Part shown: piece after piece, positions 9,133 to 19,964 of the stretch
Layout: every line of letters starts with the position of its first letter
Position numbering within the stretch: position 1 is the stretch's first letter
Source: Clostridia bacterium
Lineage (GTDB): Bacteria; Bacillota; Clostridia; Christensenellales; CAG-138
Length of the DNA stretch: 64,000 nucleotides
NCBI GenBank assembly: GCA_016293975.1
Contig: JAEDCW010000002.1
Span: 1,038 to 65,037 of the forward strand
Direction: 5' to 3'
The notes under the pieces: generated by a model
Seen by the model: the letters and a program-made list of their open reading frames with translations, nothing else
What the model was told of the DNA's origin: nothing
Databases searched by the model: none
Made by a program: the position numbers and the translations under genes

Positions 9133-10299
9133 ATGGGAAAACACGTTGCCATACTTGACATAGGAAGCTCCAAGATAATATGTCTTATATGCAGCACCGA
9201 GGATGACGGTTCGTTCGTTGTCAGGGGTGCCGGCGTGGTGGGCTATGCTGGTTTTAGGTACGGTAAAATACTTAGCGAGAAGAGTTTCAAGAACGCAATA
9301 AGGGATGCTATAACAAAGGCAGAGAATGACGCAAGTCGCCATGTAAAGACTATTATAGTCGGCGTGCCGTCGCCTTTCTCAAAACTCATCGTAAGCAAGG
9401 GTGCGGTAGAGCTTGGCGGAAAATCGATATCCGTGAGGGACATCGACCGAATGGTAGTATCCTCGTTCGACTTTGAACAACCTGCAGGCTTTGAGCCGAT
9501 ACACGATACACCCATTGAGTTCAATATTGACGGAACTTTGTCCTACGATATGCCATTGGGAGTGCCTGCAAATGAGCTTAGCGGCATGGTTTCTCACCTC
9601 TATGTCGATTCTTTGTTCAAAAAGCTTATAGTGGACGTGCTGTCATCCCTCAGAATAACAGCAAGTGAGTTCATAAGCGTGCCGCTTGCGGAGGGGCGAT
9701 TTGTGGTTTCCGATGATATAGGTTCGGGTGAGGCGTTGGTAGTAGACGTTGGAAGCATGCATACCGACGTGGTGCTTATGAGAAACACGGCGGTTGCGGA
9801 TATGCGGACGCTTGATGTCGGCGGCTATAACTTCACGAGCGATATTGCATACATTTTTGATTTGCCGATAGTCGAAGCGGAGAAGCAAAAGCGCAACTAT
9901 GTCTACGCCCTAGACTACACAGATAGCGTAGTAAAGATAAAGTTGCCCGAAGAAGTCATAGAGTTGAATCTCTCGGCAATTTCCGAGGTAATAGACGCGA
10001 GAACTTACGAGCTTGCCGACATGATAGAGGAGGCAATCGTAAGCATGGGCGTGAGAATGGGAGAGATAACTCCCATATATCTTACCGGCGGAGGAATTTC
10101 GCTGATGAGAGGATGTACAGAATTCATTTCTGACTATTTCGGAGTGAAATTTATAGTGAATATGCCGTGGATGCCGAGGTTGAGTTCTCCAAACTACGCC
10201 AGCGCGTTTGCACTTATGCGATTTGCAATGAGCGAGAACGAGCTTGGCAGGGAAAGCACAGGCTTCTGGCAAAAGATAAAGGATTTTCTTACTAACTGA
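9133..10299 (+). CDS. ftsA: cell division protein FtsA
   Basis: Actin-like phosphate-1 motif [10 protein letters not shown] and a C-terminal amphipathic helix [10 protein letters not shown]. The gene lies directly upstream of ftsZ, with AGGAG upstream of the ATG. Confidence 0.88.
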   Translation: MGKHVAILDIGSSKIICLICSTEDDGSFVVRGAGVVGYAGFRYGKILSEKSFKNAIRDAITKAENDASRHVKTIIVGVPSPFSKLIVSKGAVELGGKSISVRDIDRMVVSSFDFEQPAGFEPIHDTPIEFNIDGTLSYDMPLGVPANELSGMVSHLYVDSLFKKLIVDVLSSLRITASEFISVPLAEGRFVVSDDIGSGEALVVDVGSMHTDVVLMRNTAVADMRTLDVGGYNFTSDIAYIFDLPIVEAEKQKRNYVYALDYTDSVVKIKLPEEVIELNLSAISEVIDARTYELADMIEEAIVSMGVRMGEITPIYLTGGGISLMRGCTEFISDYFGVKFIVNMPWMPRLSSPNYASAFALMRFAMSENELGRESTGFWQKIKDFLTN

Positions 10300-10319
10300 T
10301 ACTCAAGGAGGATACGAAA

Positions 10320-11597
10320 ATGCCGTTGGGAACATTCGAACTCGACATGGATACAAGGACTTTTGCTAAGATAAAAGTAATTGGAATCGGCGGTGCCGGC
10401 AATAATGCGGTGAACCGCATGATTCAGTATGGATTAGGCGGTGTTGAATTTATTGCCGTCAATACGGACAAGCAGGCATTATTCCTATCCAAAGCAAGCC
10501 AAAAGGTTCAGATCGGTGAAAAGCTCACGAAGGGACTTGGTGCCGGCGCAGACCCCGAGATAGGCAGAAAGGCAGCCGAGGAGAGCATAGATCAAATTAA
10601 GGAAGCACTTAAGGGTGCGGATTTGGCGTTTATAACAGCAGGCATGGGCGGCGGTACGGGCACAGGCGCAGCTCCGGTAGTGGCCGAGGCAGCAAAGAGC
10701 ATGGGCATACTCACGATAGGCGTAGTCACAAAGCCGTTCTCATTTGAGGGCAATGTCAGAATGCGTCAAGCGTTGATAGGCGTCGAGAATCTCAAGAATG
10801 CTGTGGACACGCTGGTCATAATCCCCAACAGCAAGCTGATGGAGATATTTAAGGATCTTACATTCAGAGATGCGTTTATGGCAGCTGATGATGTGCTTAG
10901 ACAGGGTATTCAGGGAATAAGCGATCTGATTGCGGTACCGGCTGTAATAAACCTCGATTTTGCGGATGTCAGGACTATAATGCGTGAAAAGGGCATGGCT
11001 CATATGGGGATGGGCAATGCGTCTGGAGATAAGCGCGCAGAGTTAGCCGCCAGACAGGCCATAGAAAGCCCGCTTCTCGATACTTCGATTCAGGGTGCTA
11101 TGGGCATACTCGTCTGTATAACGGGAAGCAGTGACATCAACATGTCGGACATAGACACAGTCATGAATTTGATTACCAGCCAAGCAGACGCCGAAGCAAA
11201 CGTTATATTCGGTGTGTGTATAAACGACGATATGAAGGATTCGGTAAGCGTCACCGTTATCGCAACGGGATTCTCCAATAGCGACAACAAAACACAACAG
11301 CCCGAAACCGTTGCTCCTGAAGCGCCGAGAACCATAATCGATGAGAGAGCGGGTTCAAGGACTATAATCGAATCATACTCCCCAAGAAACAGGGCTTCCG
11401 TCAACGCTGCATCAATTAGATACACTGAGGACGAACAAGGCGCCGTGATAGAGAGCGAGAGTGTAAGTAAAAAGGACGAGGGAAGGCACTCGCCCATAAG
11501 ACGAGCAGAGCCAAGGCGCGAGGCGAGACCGAGATCGGATGAATCGAACCTCGAGGTTCCGGCATTCCTAAGACGCAAGCATACAAGAGACGAGTAA
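10320..11597 (+). CDS. ftsZ: cell division protein FtsZ
   Basis: Tubulin signature [11 protein letters not shown] and N-terminal [18 protein letters not shown] long Arg/Glu/Ser-rich linker is followed by the conserved C-terminal peptide [10 protein letters not shown]. Confidence 0.95.
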   Translation: MPLGTFELDMDTRTFAKIKVIGIGGAGNNAVNRMIQYGLGGVEFIAVNTDKQALFLSKASQKVQIGEKLTKGLGAGADPEIGRKAAEESIDQIKEALKGADLAFITAGMGGGTGTGAAPVVAEAAKSMGILTIGVVTKPFSFEGNVRMRQALIGVENLKNAVDTLVIIPNSKLMEIFKDLTFRDAFMAADDVLRQGIQGISDLIAVPAVINLDFADVRTIMREKGMAHMGMGNASGDKRAELAARQAIESPLLDTSIQGAMGILVCITGSSDINMSDIDTVMNLITSQADAEANVIFGVCINDDMKDSVSVTVIATGFSNSDNKTQQPETVAPEAPRTIIDERAGSRTIIESYSPRNRASVNAASIRYTEDEQGAVIESESVSKKDEGRHSPIRRAEPRREARPRSDESNLEVPAFLRRKHTRDE

Positions 11598-11613
11598 CAT
11601 TTGGAGGTAGATT

Positions 11614-12012
11614 ATGAAAGAGATCATCATAGCGAACAACGCACCTGCCGCAATCGGACCGTATTCGCACGCTGTATCGATTGAAGGGATCGTATTTACA
11701 TCGGGCCAGATAGGAATCAATCCCGAGACAAAGGCAATGGCTGAGGGTGTAGAAGCACAGACAGAGCAGGCACTTACAAACCTCAAGAACGTACTTGCCG
11801 CCGCCGGTGCAAGCCTCGAAGATGTAGTAAAGACCACCGTGTTTATCAAGAATATGTCGGATTTCGCGAAGGTGAACACGATTTATGCGACATACTTTAC
11901 GGATATGCATCCTGCGCGTTCATGCGTTGAGGTTGCGGCATTGCCTGCAAACGCACTTGTAGAGGTAGAAGCGACTGCGTTTAAGAGCGCAGACGAGACA
12001 GCACATATATAA
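11614..12012 (+). CDS. ridA: RidA/YjgF-family reactive intermediate (enamine/imine) deaminase
   Basis: 132 aa. Contains APAAIGPYSHAV, FTSGQIG and a C-terminal LPANALVEVEA, which is typical of YjgF/RidA proteins. Confidence 0.85.
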   Translation: MKEIIIANNAPAAIGPYSHAVSIEGIVFTSGQIGINPETKAMAEGVEAQTEQALTNLKNVLAAAGASLEDVVKTTVFIKNMSDFAKVNTIYATYFTDMHPARSCVEVAALPANALVEVEATAFKSADETAHI

Positions 12013-12045
12013 GCCTCAGTAAATGGTTGAGTTGGGGGAAAACAC

Positions 12046-13539
12046 ATGGAACCAAGGGTATTCAACAGGCGTCCCATGTGTACGTATGCCATAGCAGTCG
12101 TTCTTGGTATACTCTCAGCGAGATTATTTAATGACACACCGCATATTTTGTCGGGGTGTCTTGTTTTTATATGCACCGCATTTCTTTTCTTCGTATTCAG
12201 GTTTACAAAAAAGCGGAGTTATAGGCCACTGTCGCTTATTTTTGTGTTTATATTTGCATTGCTCTTGGGATTGTGGGCATATCCTGCATTGCCAAATGAG
12301 GGGGAATACACAATAGAGGGCAGGGTCAGCGAGACGCCCGAATATGATGGAGACGTATGCCTGCTCACTCTCGACGAGCTTAAACTCAACGGTACAAGCA
12401 TCGATACACGCATTAAACTATCGGTATATGAGGCTGGAAGCGCCTACGGGGATTATATAAGCGTACATGGACGCGTGGTTATACCTGATGACAGCGACGA
12501 ATTCCCCGAGCGGCACTACAATCTCTCAAAGGGAATAGGTTTGCTTGGTTTTGCGGATTCACGCATAGAAAAAAAGGGATACAGAGGCGATTTGTATGGG
12601 TGGCTCCTAAGTATTAAGAACAGGCTTATTGATAACGCAAATAAGCTATTCGGTGAAAACGGGCCCGCAATTGCCGGTATGCTTTTCGGTGAAACCAACA
12701 ATATTAGCAAGAGCGACATCAACGCCTATAGAGACAGCGGCGTTGCCCACCTGTTTGCCGTATCTGGACTCCACGTATCGATTATTGCCGGCACATTGTT
12801 ATTGGTATTGAAGCGCGTAAACCCGTGGATAAAGCTATCGGTCATAGGCGTAATCCTGCTTGTTTATTGTTGGATAACCGCCTTTGCCGCCTCGCTCGTC
12901 AGAGCTATGGTTATGACAATGTGCGTGCTTGCGGCAGAGCCGCTTGAAAGGCGCTATGACATGGCCTCGTCGATGTCGCTTGCGCTCATGTTGATATTAT
13001 TTTCAAATCCTTTTGCACTGTACACAGCAAGCCTTCTCATATCATTTGCCGCTGTATTTACGATTTCAACTCTTACGCCCCTTCTTTCACGGCTGTTTAA
13101 AGGCGTACACAGCGTTATTTCCTCCGCTATATCTGTGTCGATTGCAGGTTCTGTAGGAATGGCGCCCCTGTCTACGTATTTCTTTGGCAGGCTTCCTACA
13201 CTCGGAGTTTTTGCAAACTTCATAGTGATACCGTTGGTGCCGATAATTATTATTCCGTCGCTCGTTGCCGTACTGCTTTGTGCTATATCGCCGCAGGTGG
13301 GAGCGGTAGTTGCATTTGTACCTAAAAACGTCATAGTATTCGTGAACGGCTATCTTTTCCGAATTGCAAATATCGCTTTTGCGGCGGTCGATACGAATTC
13401 ACCTTCTATTATCGCCTGCATATCAATGTACATACCAATGCTTACAGCCTCGGATTATTGTCTTTTGGACAAAAAGAAAAAGCTACGGCTAACGCTTGTT
13501 ACAGCGGTCGCAGCTTTGGTTCTGATTATAATCACTTAG
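12046..13539 (+). CDS. comEC: ComEC/Rec2-family membrane protein (competence channel domain only; no C-terminal metallo-beta-lactamase domain)
   Basis: Polytopic protein with an N-terminal OB-like region, then the competence-domain signature ..YRDSGVAHLFAVSGLHVSI... At 497 aa it is shorter than the B. subtilis ComEC as I remember it. Confidence 0.75.
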   Translation: MEPRVFNRRPMCTYAIAVVLGILSARLFNDTPHILSGCLVFICTAFLFFVFRFTKKRSYRPLSLIFVFIFALLLGLWAYPALPNEGEYTIEGRVSETPEYDGDVCLLTLDELKLNGTSIDTRIKLSVYEAGSAYGDYISVHGRVVIPDDSDEFPERHYNLSKGIGLLGFADSRIEKKGYRGDLYGWLLSIKNRLIDNANKLFGENGPAIAGMLFGETNNISKSDINAYRDSGVAHLFAVSGLHVSIIAGTLLLVLKRVNPWIKLSVIGVILLVYCWITAFAASLVRAMVMTMCVLAAEPLERRYDMASSMSLALMLILFSNPFALYTASLLISFAAVFTISTLTPLLSRLFKGVHSVISSAISVSIAGSVGMAPLSTYFFGRLPTLGVFANFIVIPLVPIIIIPSLVAVLLCAISPQVGAVVAFVPKNVIVFVNGYLFRIANIAFAAVDTNSPSIIACISMYIPMLTASDYCLLDKKKKLRLTLVTAVAALVLIIIT

Positions 13540-14584
13540 CGGTTTTTTTGTTGAATATAAAGCGATTCTGAATGTAATAGTTGAGGACAAATAGTGGTAT
13601 ATCGATCATAATCTTTGCAAGCACCTCGTTTACTCCAAGGTGCACAAGTCCACTTACACAGCTTGCCGATACCAATATGCCGAAGCAGACAAGTGCGGCA
13701 AACTTAAGGAAAGAAGCGGTGCTGCTACCCTTAAACACGGCGTAGCGGTTTATCGAATAGTTGAGTATGGAGGCAACCGCTCTCGAAACGATTATCCAGA
13801 CTGCGACCGTACTGATGGGACTGTTGTTAAATAATGAAATAGTCGGGAAAAGCCAACAAAGAGTCATATACAACGCGTAGTCCACTAACGTGGAAATCAG
13901 AGACGATGCGCAGTATTTGAGTATTTGACGCAGTATAAGCCACGTATCTCGCCATGTGTTGTAGCTTGAGCCCTTGTTCTCATCTATGTAAACCGTTTTA
14001 ATCGGTATCTCTACAAAATGCGAGTGCCAGTTTCTTACGTTTAAGAGCATGTTCATCTCATACTCGTATCTGTCGCCTTCAAGCTCTGCAAGCTTGGGGA
14101 AGAGTGAACGCGGAAGGCCTCTCAGACCGGTCTGTGTATCTGTGACTTTTTGGCCGGAAACGATATAGAATACGGCTATGGTCGTCCAATTACCTATCTT
14201 TGAACGAATGGGAACGTTCTTTCCACCGAATCTGCGCACGCCCAAAACAAGTGCTGTATCATCTTTTGCAAGCTCGTCCATAACGCGAATAATATCCTCG
14301 CAGGTGTGCTGACCATCTGCATCGGCGGTAACGATTCCTGCGACCTCCGGGTCTTTCATTATGTGTCTAATACCCGTTTTGAGTGCAGCTCCTTTGCCAC
14401 GATTCACTGCATGAACCAAAAGGGGAACATTCCTGTTCCTTACTTCGTCAAAGACAGTCTCGTATTCAGGAGCGCTACCATCGTTGACAACTACTATATC
14501 AAGATTGTGAGCCAAAAGATTGTCTATCAGTACTATCAACTTATCGTCCGGCTTATAAGCGGGTATAAGAACGGTATACTTCAT
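13532..14584 (-). CDS. family 2 glycosyltransferase fused to a GtrA-like 4-TM domain
   Basis: N-terminal GT-A fold (VLIPAYKPDDKL, VVNDGS, DADGQH). The C-terminal ~130 aa form four hydrophobic helices, as in GtrA. The stop overlaps the comEC stop region by 8 nt (convergent genes). Confidence 0.8.
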   Translation of the reverse strand: MKYTVLIPAYKPDDKLIVLIDNLLAHNLDIVVVNDGSAPEYETVFDEVRNRNVPLLVHAVNRGKGAALKTGIRHIMKDPEVAGIVTADADGQHTCEDIIRVMDELAKDDTALVLGVRRFGGKNVPIRSKIGNWTTIAVFYIVSGQKVTDTQTGLRGLPRSLFPKLAELEGDRYEYEMNMLLNVRNWHSHFVEIPIKTVYIDENKGSSYNTWRDTWLILRQILKYCASSLISTLVDYALYMTLCWLFPTISLFNNSPISTVAVWIIVSRAVASILNYSINRYAVFKGSSTASFLKFAALVCFGILVSASCVSGLVHLGVNEVLAKIMIDIPLFVLNYYIQNRFIFNKKTAK

Positions 14585-14713
14585 TATAAAACCCCAACAA
14601 TGTATTTGCCCATGGCTTACTTACTATCATAACATTTTTGACACGGAAAATAAATAATTAAAATGATAGAGTCGCGAAAAACTGAGAAAGCTAATACAAA
14701 GGTTGGTGATTGT

Positions 14714-17098
14714 ATGAGCGAGAAGAGTGTAGCCGAGGAAAACGCAAAGAGAAAAAAGAAGCCAAAAAACAAGAGAGTGAGGCGTATACTGCGAATAGTA
14801 TTCGCGTCATTGGCTATTGTTGTGGCTGTGGGGCTGTTTATTCTTGCGGATTCACTCGAAATGAGCGATTGGCACAAACTCGACATGAGCCTTATACTCG
14901 ACGCAAAACAGTCTTCAATCATTTACGACAAGGACGACACCGAAATAAGCATACTCTACAGCAAAGAGGACAGACAGTGGGTAAGTATAGACGAGATACC
15001 AGTGCATACGCGTGACGCATTCATAGCGGTTGAGGATGCGAGATTCTATGAACATAACGGCGTCGACATAATAAGGATATTCGGAGCTTTGATTCACGAC
15101 CTGATGGTTGGAAGCTTTGAACAGGGCGCATCAACGCTTAGCCAACAACTCATAAAGCTAAGCCATCTTACGCCGGAGCAGGGGGTTGCGGACAAGACAA
15201 TAGCTCGAAAAGCGGAGGAGGCGGTGCTCGCGTGTCAGATGGAGGCGCAGTACAATAAGGAACAGATACTTGAGATGTATCTGAACTACGTCTATTTTGG
15301 GGGAGGATATTACGGCATAGAAGCAGCGGCAAGGGGTTATTTCGGCGTTCATGCGAACGAGCTTACCATAAGTCAAAGTGCATTGCTTGCAGGTGTCGTG
15401 AAGGCACCGTCAAACTACGCACCTCATATAGAATATGAGAACTCCATAGAGAGAAGAAATCTCGTGCTCAGACTAATGCAGGAAGCGGGATTCATCGATA
15501 CTGCACAATACGCAAAGGCGGTGAGTGAGCGTGTCGAACTCGTCAAAAGTGAGACTCGAGGAAACCGCGACTATTATATAGATATGGCCGTCGAGGAGGC
15601 GTGTAACATTCTCTCAATAACCAAAGAAGAGTTCTATACAAAGGGCTACAGGTTGTACACAGGTTACGACAAGGAGCTTCAGGAGCAATGCGAGAAGACG
15701 TTTACAAAGCAGGAGCTTTTTCCGGATACCGACTCACAGGCTGCTATAGTTATAAAGGATGTAGACAGCGGCATGATATGTTCCGTGATGGGAGGAAGGA
15801 AATACGAGGTCACATACGGGTTCAACAGGGCGACAGATATATCCCGTTCACCTGGCTCGGCCATTAAGCCGATTATAGTTTACGCACCTGCATTGGAATA
15901 CTTCGGCTATACCGCCGCAAGTATGCTGCTTGATGAGCCCACTAACTTCGACGACTATTCACCGAGAAATTCAAACGGCAAATACTACGGCTGGGTAACA
16001 TTGAGAGATGCTGTTACAAAATCGCTCAATGTCCCTGCTGTGAAGATACTCTCAAACATAGGCGTAGATACAGGTAAGATGTTCGCAAACAAACTGGGTA
16101 TAGAGTTCGACGCCTCTGATAACGGGCTTGCACTAGCGCTTGGCGGCTTTGCTTACGGCGTATCTCCATGGCAGATGACGATGGCATACTCGTGCTTTGC
16201 ATCGGGAGGAATACTAAGGGAGAATACAACAATAAGAAGCATAACCGACAGAGATGGCAATGTGCTGTATGAGCGTGCGGCCAAAGAAATTCGGGTGATG
16301 AGTGAGCAGAACGCATATATACTCAACAATATGCTTACGGACGTAATAGAGAGCGGTACGGGTAAGCGTCTCAGAGGACTTAATGTGTCGCTTGCGGGGA
16401 AAACGGGTACTGCGTCGGATAATGCGGGCATAAGGGATGCGTGGATGTGCGTGTATAACCCCGAATACGCCGCAACCGTGTGGATGGGGTATGACGATGG
16501 CATGCAGAGACTTCCGTCACAGACGACAGGGGGAAATAATCCTGCGCTCGTACTGAAAGACATATTTACATGGATTTATAAAGATAGGAAAGCAAAGGAG
16601 TTCGTTATGCCAAGCGGAGTGGAAGTGTGCGATATCGATGCATACACGCTTAAGAAAACACAGGTTGCAACGCTTGCGACGGTGCTCACACCTAAAAAGC
16701 ATATCATCAGGGAAGTGTTCTTGAAGGGAACAGAGCCGACGAAAACGAGCACCTATTGGACAGTTCCCGGCCCGCCCAAGGATTTTTCGGTCGTGTTGTA
16801 TGAGGGTTACCCGAGGATCACGTTTACGCCCACATTGTCTCATATAGTGTACACTGTTTTCAGGGAGGACAGCGAGGGCAACGCCGTCGCTATAGGGCAT
16901 TGGACGAATCTCACAACGGGTGTCATATACTACGATCTCGACGTCATGGATGGAGAAACGTACAGCTACTATGTCGTGCCGTCGCATCCCGGAATTCAGA
17001 TAGATGGGCAAAGTGCACAGGGTGTGTATTCAAATGTGGTAAGCGTATACGTGCCCGTAAGGGAGGAGCCTCCCGAATACTGGGACGATTACGAGTAA
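14714..17098 (+). CDS. class A (bifunctional) penicillin-binding protein PBP1A with a C-terminal FN3-like domain
   Basis: GT51 motifs EDARFYEHNGVD and RKAEEAVLA. Transpeptidase motifs SPGSAIKP, KSLN and GKTGTA. The C-terminal ~130 aa are beta-rich and FN3-like (PGPPKDFSVVL...YSYYVVPS). The start was chosen at ATG 14714 (GGTGA 5 nt upstream) rather than the SD-less ATG 14663. Confidence 0.85.
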   Translation: MSEKSVAEENAKRKKKPKNKRVRRILRIVFASLAIVVAVGLFILADSLEMSDWHKLDMSLILDAKQSSIIYDKDDTEISILYSKEDRQWVSIDEIPVHTRDAFIAVEDARFYEHNGVDIIRIFGALIHDLMVGSFEQGASTLSQQLIKLSHLTPEQGVADKTIARKAEEAVLACQMEAQYNKEQILEMYLNYVYFGGGYYGIEAAARGYFGVHANELTISQSALLAGVVKAPSNYAPHIEYENSIERRNLVLRLMQEAGFIDTAQYAKAVSERVELVKSETRGNRDYYIDMAVEEACNILSITKEEFYTKGYRLYTGYDKELQEQCEKTFTKQELFPDTDSQAAIVIKDVDSGMICSVMGGRKYEVTYGFNRATDISRSPGSAIKPIIVYAPALEYFGYTAASMLLDEPTNFDDYSPRNSNGKYYGWVTLRDAVTKSLNVPAVKILSNIGVDTGKMFANKLGIEFDASDNGLALALGGFAYGVSPWQMTMAYSCFASGGILRENTTIRSITDRDGNVLYERAAKEIRVMSEQNAYILNNMLTDVIESGTGKRLRGLNVSLAGKTGTASDNAGIRDAWMCVYNPEYAATVWMGYDDGMQRLPSQTTGGNNPALVLKDIFTWIYKDRKAKEFVMPSGVEVCDIDAYTLKKTQVATLATVLTPKKHIIREVFLKGTEPTKTSTYWTVPGPPKDFSVVLYEGYPRITFTPTLSHIVYTVFREDSEGNAVAIGHWTNLTTGVIYYDLDVMDGETYSYYVVPSHPGIQIDGQSAQGVYSNVVSVYVPVREEPPEYWDDYE

Positions 17099-17284
17099 AA
17101 CAGCAGAGTAAAAAAAAGGGCATCACGAGTGTAGCGCGTTGTCCTTAACCGACAATAACGCGACGAAATAAACCCCTTATAGGATTTGTCAAATGCACCT
17201 TGTGTGTGAAGTATGCCTATGGTATGTGAAATGACCGTGGGCGTTGGAGCTCTGTTTCACTAAACAAAACCTTATACGCAACTA

Positions 17285-17339
17285 TACAAAAAAAGAGAGA
17301 GCATTACAGCAAAGCTTCACACCGTTTCGTTCTCTCTTT
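17285..17339 (-). terminator. probable mreB terminator (long-loop hairpin plus U-run on the minus strand)
   Basis: Arms AAAGAGAGA (17292-17300) and TCTCTCTTT (17331-17339). On the minus strand the hairpin is followed by a T-run (the complement of the A-run at 17288-17294). Confidence 0.45.
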
Positions 17340-17461
17340 ATGTTTGTATACGGACTTGGGCTTAGCCCATTTTGCATATGTCTTGCCAAATGCAGTGCTT
17401 GCACTTTAACGGATCATTTAATTCTCCGTTAAGGACATAGTGAGTATGCCTGCTTTAAAAA

Positions 17462-18508
17462 TTAACCCTCAAAGAAGTCGCCTCTGCGGTAGTCGTAAAT
17501 GGCGCTCGTACCAATGGAGAAGTCGTCGAGGTTTTCAAGCGCCTTGCCCGTACCGATCGCTACGCAGGAAATAGGATCTTCGGCAACATAGCAGGGAACC
17601 TTTGTGTGGTCGGCTATGAACTTGTCCATGCCGTAGAGCAGTGCGCCGCCGCCTGTGAGACAAATACCGTTTTCGGCTATATCGCTGGCGAGCTCCGGTG
17701 GAGTCCTCTCGAATATACTTCTGACGCACTCGAGTACTGTCTGCAGAGGTTCTTCAAGCGCATCGATCATTTCGTTTGAACCGACTACGATTGTCTGGGG
17801 AAGTCCCGAAATAAGGTTACGGCCTCTGACCTCCATGAATAGCTGCTCCTTTCTGGGATAAGCCGAGCCTATGCGAATCTTCATGTCTTCGGCAGTACGC
17901 TCACCTATGAGAAGATTGTGCTTCTTTCTCATGTACCTGACGACAGCCTCGTTGAACTTGTCGCCTGCGACCTTTATCGAATCCGAAAGAACGGCATCGC
18001 GCAGTGAAATGACCGCTACGTCTGTAGTACCGCCGCCTATATCGACTATCATATTGCCCTTAGGCTGTGCTATGTCGATACCGGCTCCGATTGCCGCAGC
18101 AATAGGCTCTTCGATAAGATATGCATAACGTGCACCGGCCTGCTCGGTAGCATCGATAACGGAACGCTTTTCGACCTGTGTAACGCCAGAGGGTACACAA
18201 ACTACTACTCGCGGTTTGAAGAATATCTTTGTGCCGACTACTTTCTTGAGGAAGTGGTGCAGAAGTCTCTGTGTTATGTCAAAGTTGGATATAACGCCGT
18301 CTTTAAGAGGCCTTATGGCGATAACGTTGCCGGGAGTTCTGCCGAGCATCTTTCTTGCATCCTCGCCGATGGCAATGATGCGTCCGGTTATTTTTTCGAC
18401 CGCTACAACAGAGGGTTCACGCAAAACGATGCCCTTGTTGCGTACATATACTAAAACGCTTGAGGTACCGAGGTCGATACCAACGTCATTCAATTCAAAC
18501 AATGCCAT
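17462..18508 (-). CDS. mreB: rod-shape-determining actin homolog MreB/Mbl family
   Basis: Contains GIDLGTSSVLVYV, VVCVPSGVTQVEKR and DIGGGTTDVAVISL. No mreC or mreD is adjacent. The start is set at the second ATG (18508), preceded by AAAGGAA. Confidence 0.9.
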   Translation of the reverse strand: MALFELNDVGIDLGTSSVLVYVRNKGIVLREPSVVAVEKITGRIIAIGEDARKMLGRTPGNVIAIRPLKDGVISNFDITQRLLHHFLKKVVGTKIFFKPRVVVCVPSGVTQVEKRSVIDATEQAGARYAYLIEEPIAAAIGAGIDIAQPKGNMIVDIGGGTTDVAVISLRDAVLSDSIKVAGDKFNEAVVRYMRKKHNLLIGERTAEDMKIRIGSAYPRKEQLFMEVRGRNLISGLPQTIVVGSNEMIDALEEPLQTVLECVRSIFERTPPELASDIAENGICLTGGGALLYGMDKFIADHTKVPCYVAEDPISCVAIGTGKALENLDDFSIGTSAIYDYRRGDFFEG

Positions 18509-18859
18509 TAGGGTTCCTTTCATCGCTCAGTGGCTTTGGTTATTTAATAATCAGGTGCGAGTATACTACTCAACGTACGGAATATTCTATCACTGCCCGA
18601 TACATACGGCAATACCGAAATGACAGTAAACATACGATTCACCATCGTTTTCGGCAGAACAGAATATGGCGGAAAGCGACTGTGTGTACCGCGTAGAAAC
18701 ACACAGTACAAACACAATTATTACTTAGCATATCATTTTGAAAGCCTAAATTCAACAATTTGCGCGTCTAGTTTTGAAAACTTTTTTGAATAAATGGTAA
18801 AAAGTTCATATATAAAGTCCGTTGATGCAAATCTACGCGATTACGGGAGATTACACCTA

Positions 18860-18888
18860 TTAACATAGAAATTACCATATGGTATAAT
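18860..18888 (+). promoter_or_regulatory. sigma-A-type promoter (extended -10) for the M42 peptidase operon
   Basis: TTAACA (18860-18865), 17 nt spacer, TATAAT (18883-18888), preceded by TGG. Confidence 0.55.
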
Positions 18889-18920
18889 GTCTCACAAAAT
18901 GTGTAAAGGAGAGCGTGTTA

Positions 18921-19964
18921 ATGGATTTATACAAGGCAACAGCCGCCCTTACAACGGCAAACGGTGTAACGGGTCATGAGGCGAGTGCCGCAGATGTCGC
19001 AGAGAAATATTTCAGAATGTACACGGACGACGTGTGGCGCGATTCATCGGGCAACGTATTTGCACGCATAGGCAACAAGAAGCCTTGCGTCATGCTTATC
19101 GCACACCTCGATGAAATAGGAATGATGGTAACGGACATTGAGGATAACGGTATGCTTAGGATCCGTTCCGTTGCAGGCGTAGACCCAAGGGTACTCCCCG
19201 GCGGCGAAGTGGTCGTATTTGGCAAGAAACCCATAAGTGCGGTAGTTGGTGCGGTGCCTCCGCATCTCATCACCGGCGGTACGGATGTGGCTTACAAGAT
19301 GGATGAGCTCATGTGTGACACAGGTCTCACAAGGGAGCAAGTCGAAGAGAACATAGCAATAGGTGATGTCATAACATTTGCACTTGAAGAGCCCTTAAAG
19401 CTCAAGAACAACTGCATAGCAGGCAAATCCCTCGACGATAGAGCACTCGTAGCTTGTATGTTAGAGGTCGCAGACATACTCAGGAACAGGGTGCTTAACT
19501 GCTCGGTAGTATTGTGCGCTTCCACTCAGGAGGAGTGCGGAGGTCCCGGTGCAAACGTAGCCGCCTATAGTGTTAATCCCGACATGGCGATCGTTATGGA
19601 CGTAACCCATGCGCCACAGCCCGGTACAGATCCGATTAGCAGTGTTGCGCTCAACAAAGTAGCTATACTCATGGGCGGTAACATCCATCCCAAAATGTAT
19701 GAGCAGTTGAAGCAGTCCGCGACAGATCAAAACATTGATTACGAGACGGAGGTAGCCATGGGCTTCTCGGGCACCGATGCAGACTTTGTGCAGATGTCGC
19801 AAGGCGGCATACCTACCGCTGTCATATCACCGCCCGTCAAGTACATGCATACAACGGTTGAGCTTATGAGCCTCGATACGTTGAAAAACACCGCAAAGGT
19901 TGTTGCGGGCTTTATTGAACAAATCGGTGAGGATTGGGAGGAAAGGCTATGCTTGGACGACTGA
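18921..19964 (+). CDS. M42-family metallo-aminopeptidase (TET/FrvX/CelM-like), paralog 1
   Basis: Contains GVTGHE, LIAHLDEIGMMV, KSLDDRA, TQEECGG and MHT.VE, matching the M42 glutamyl aminopeptidase pattern. The start is at ATG 18921, after AAAGGAGAG. Confidence 0.8.
   Translation: MDLYKATAALTTANGVTGHEASAADVAEKYFRMYTDDVWRDSSGNVFARIGNKKPCVMLIAHLDEIGMMVTDIEDNGMLRIRSVAGVDPRVLPGGEVVVFGKKPISAVVGAVPPHLITGGTDVAYKMDELMCDTGLTREQVEENIAIGDVITFALEEPLKLKNNCIAGKSLDDRALVACMLEVADILRNRVLNCSVVLCASTQEECGGPGANVAAYSVNPDMAIVMDVTHAPQPGTDPISSVALNKVAILMGGNIHPKMYEQLKQSATDQNIDYETEVAMGFSGTDADFVQMSQGGIPTAVISPPVKYMHTTVELMSLDTLKNTAKVVAGFIEQIGEDWEERLCLDD

Noticed and set aside
17244-17432. A 62-aa ORF in the PBP1A-mreB gap.
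   Set aside because: It has no SD and starts with a non-ATG codon. Its sequence runs through several hairpins, including the mreB terminator-like stem. I treat the region as non-coding.
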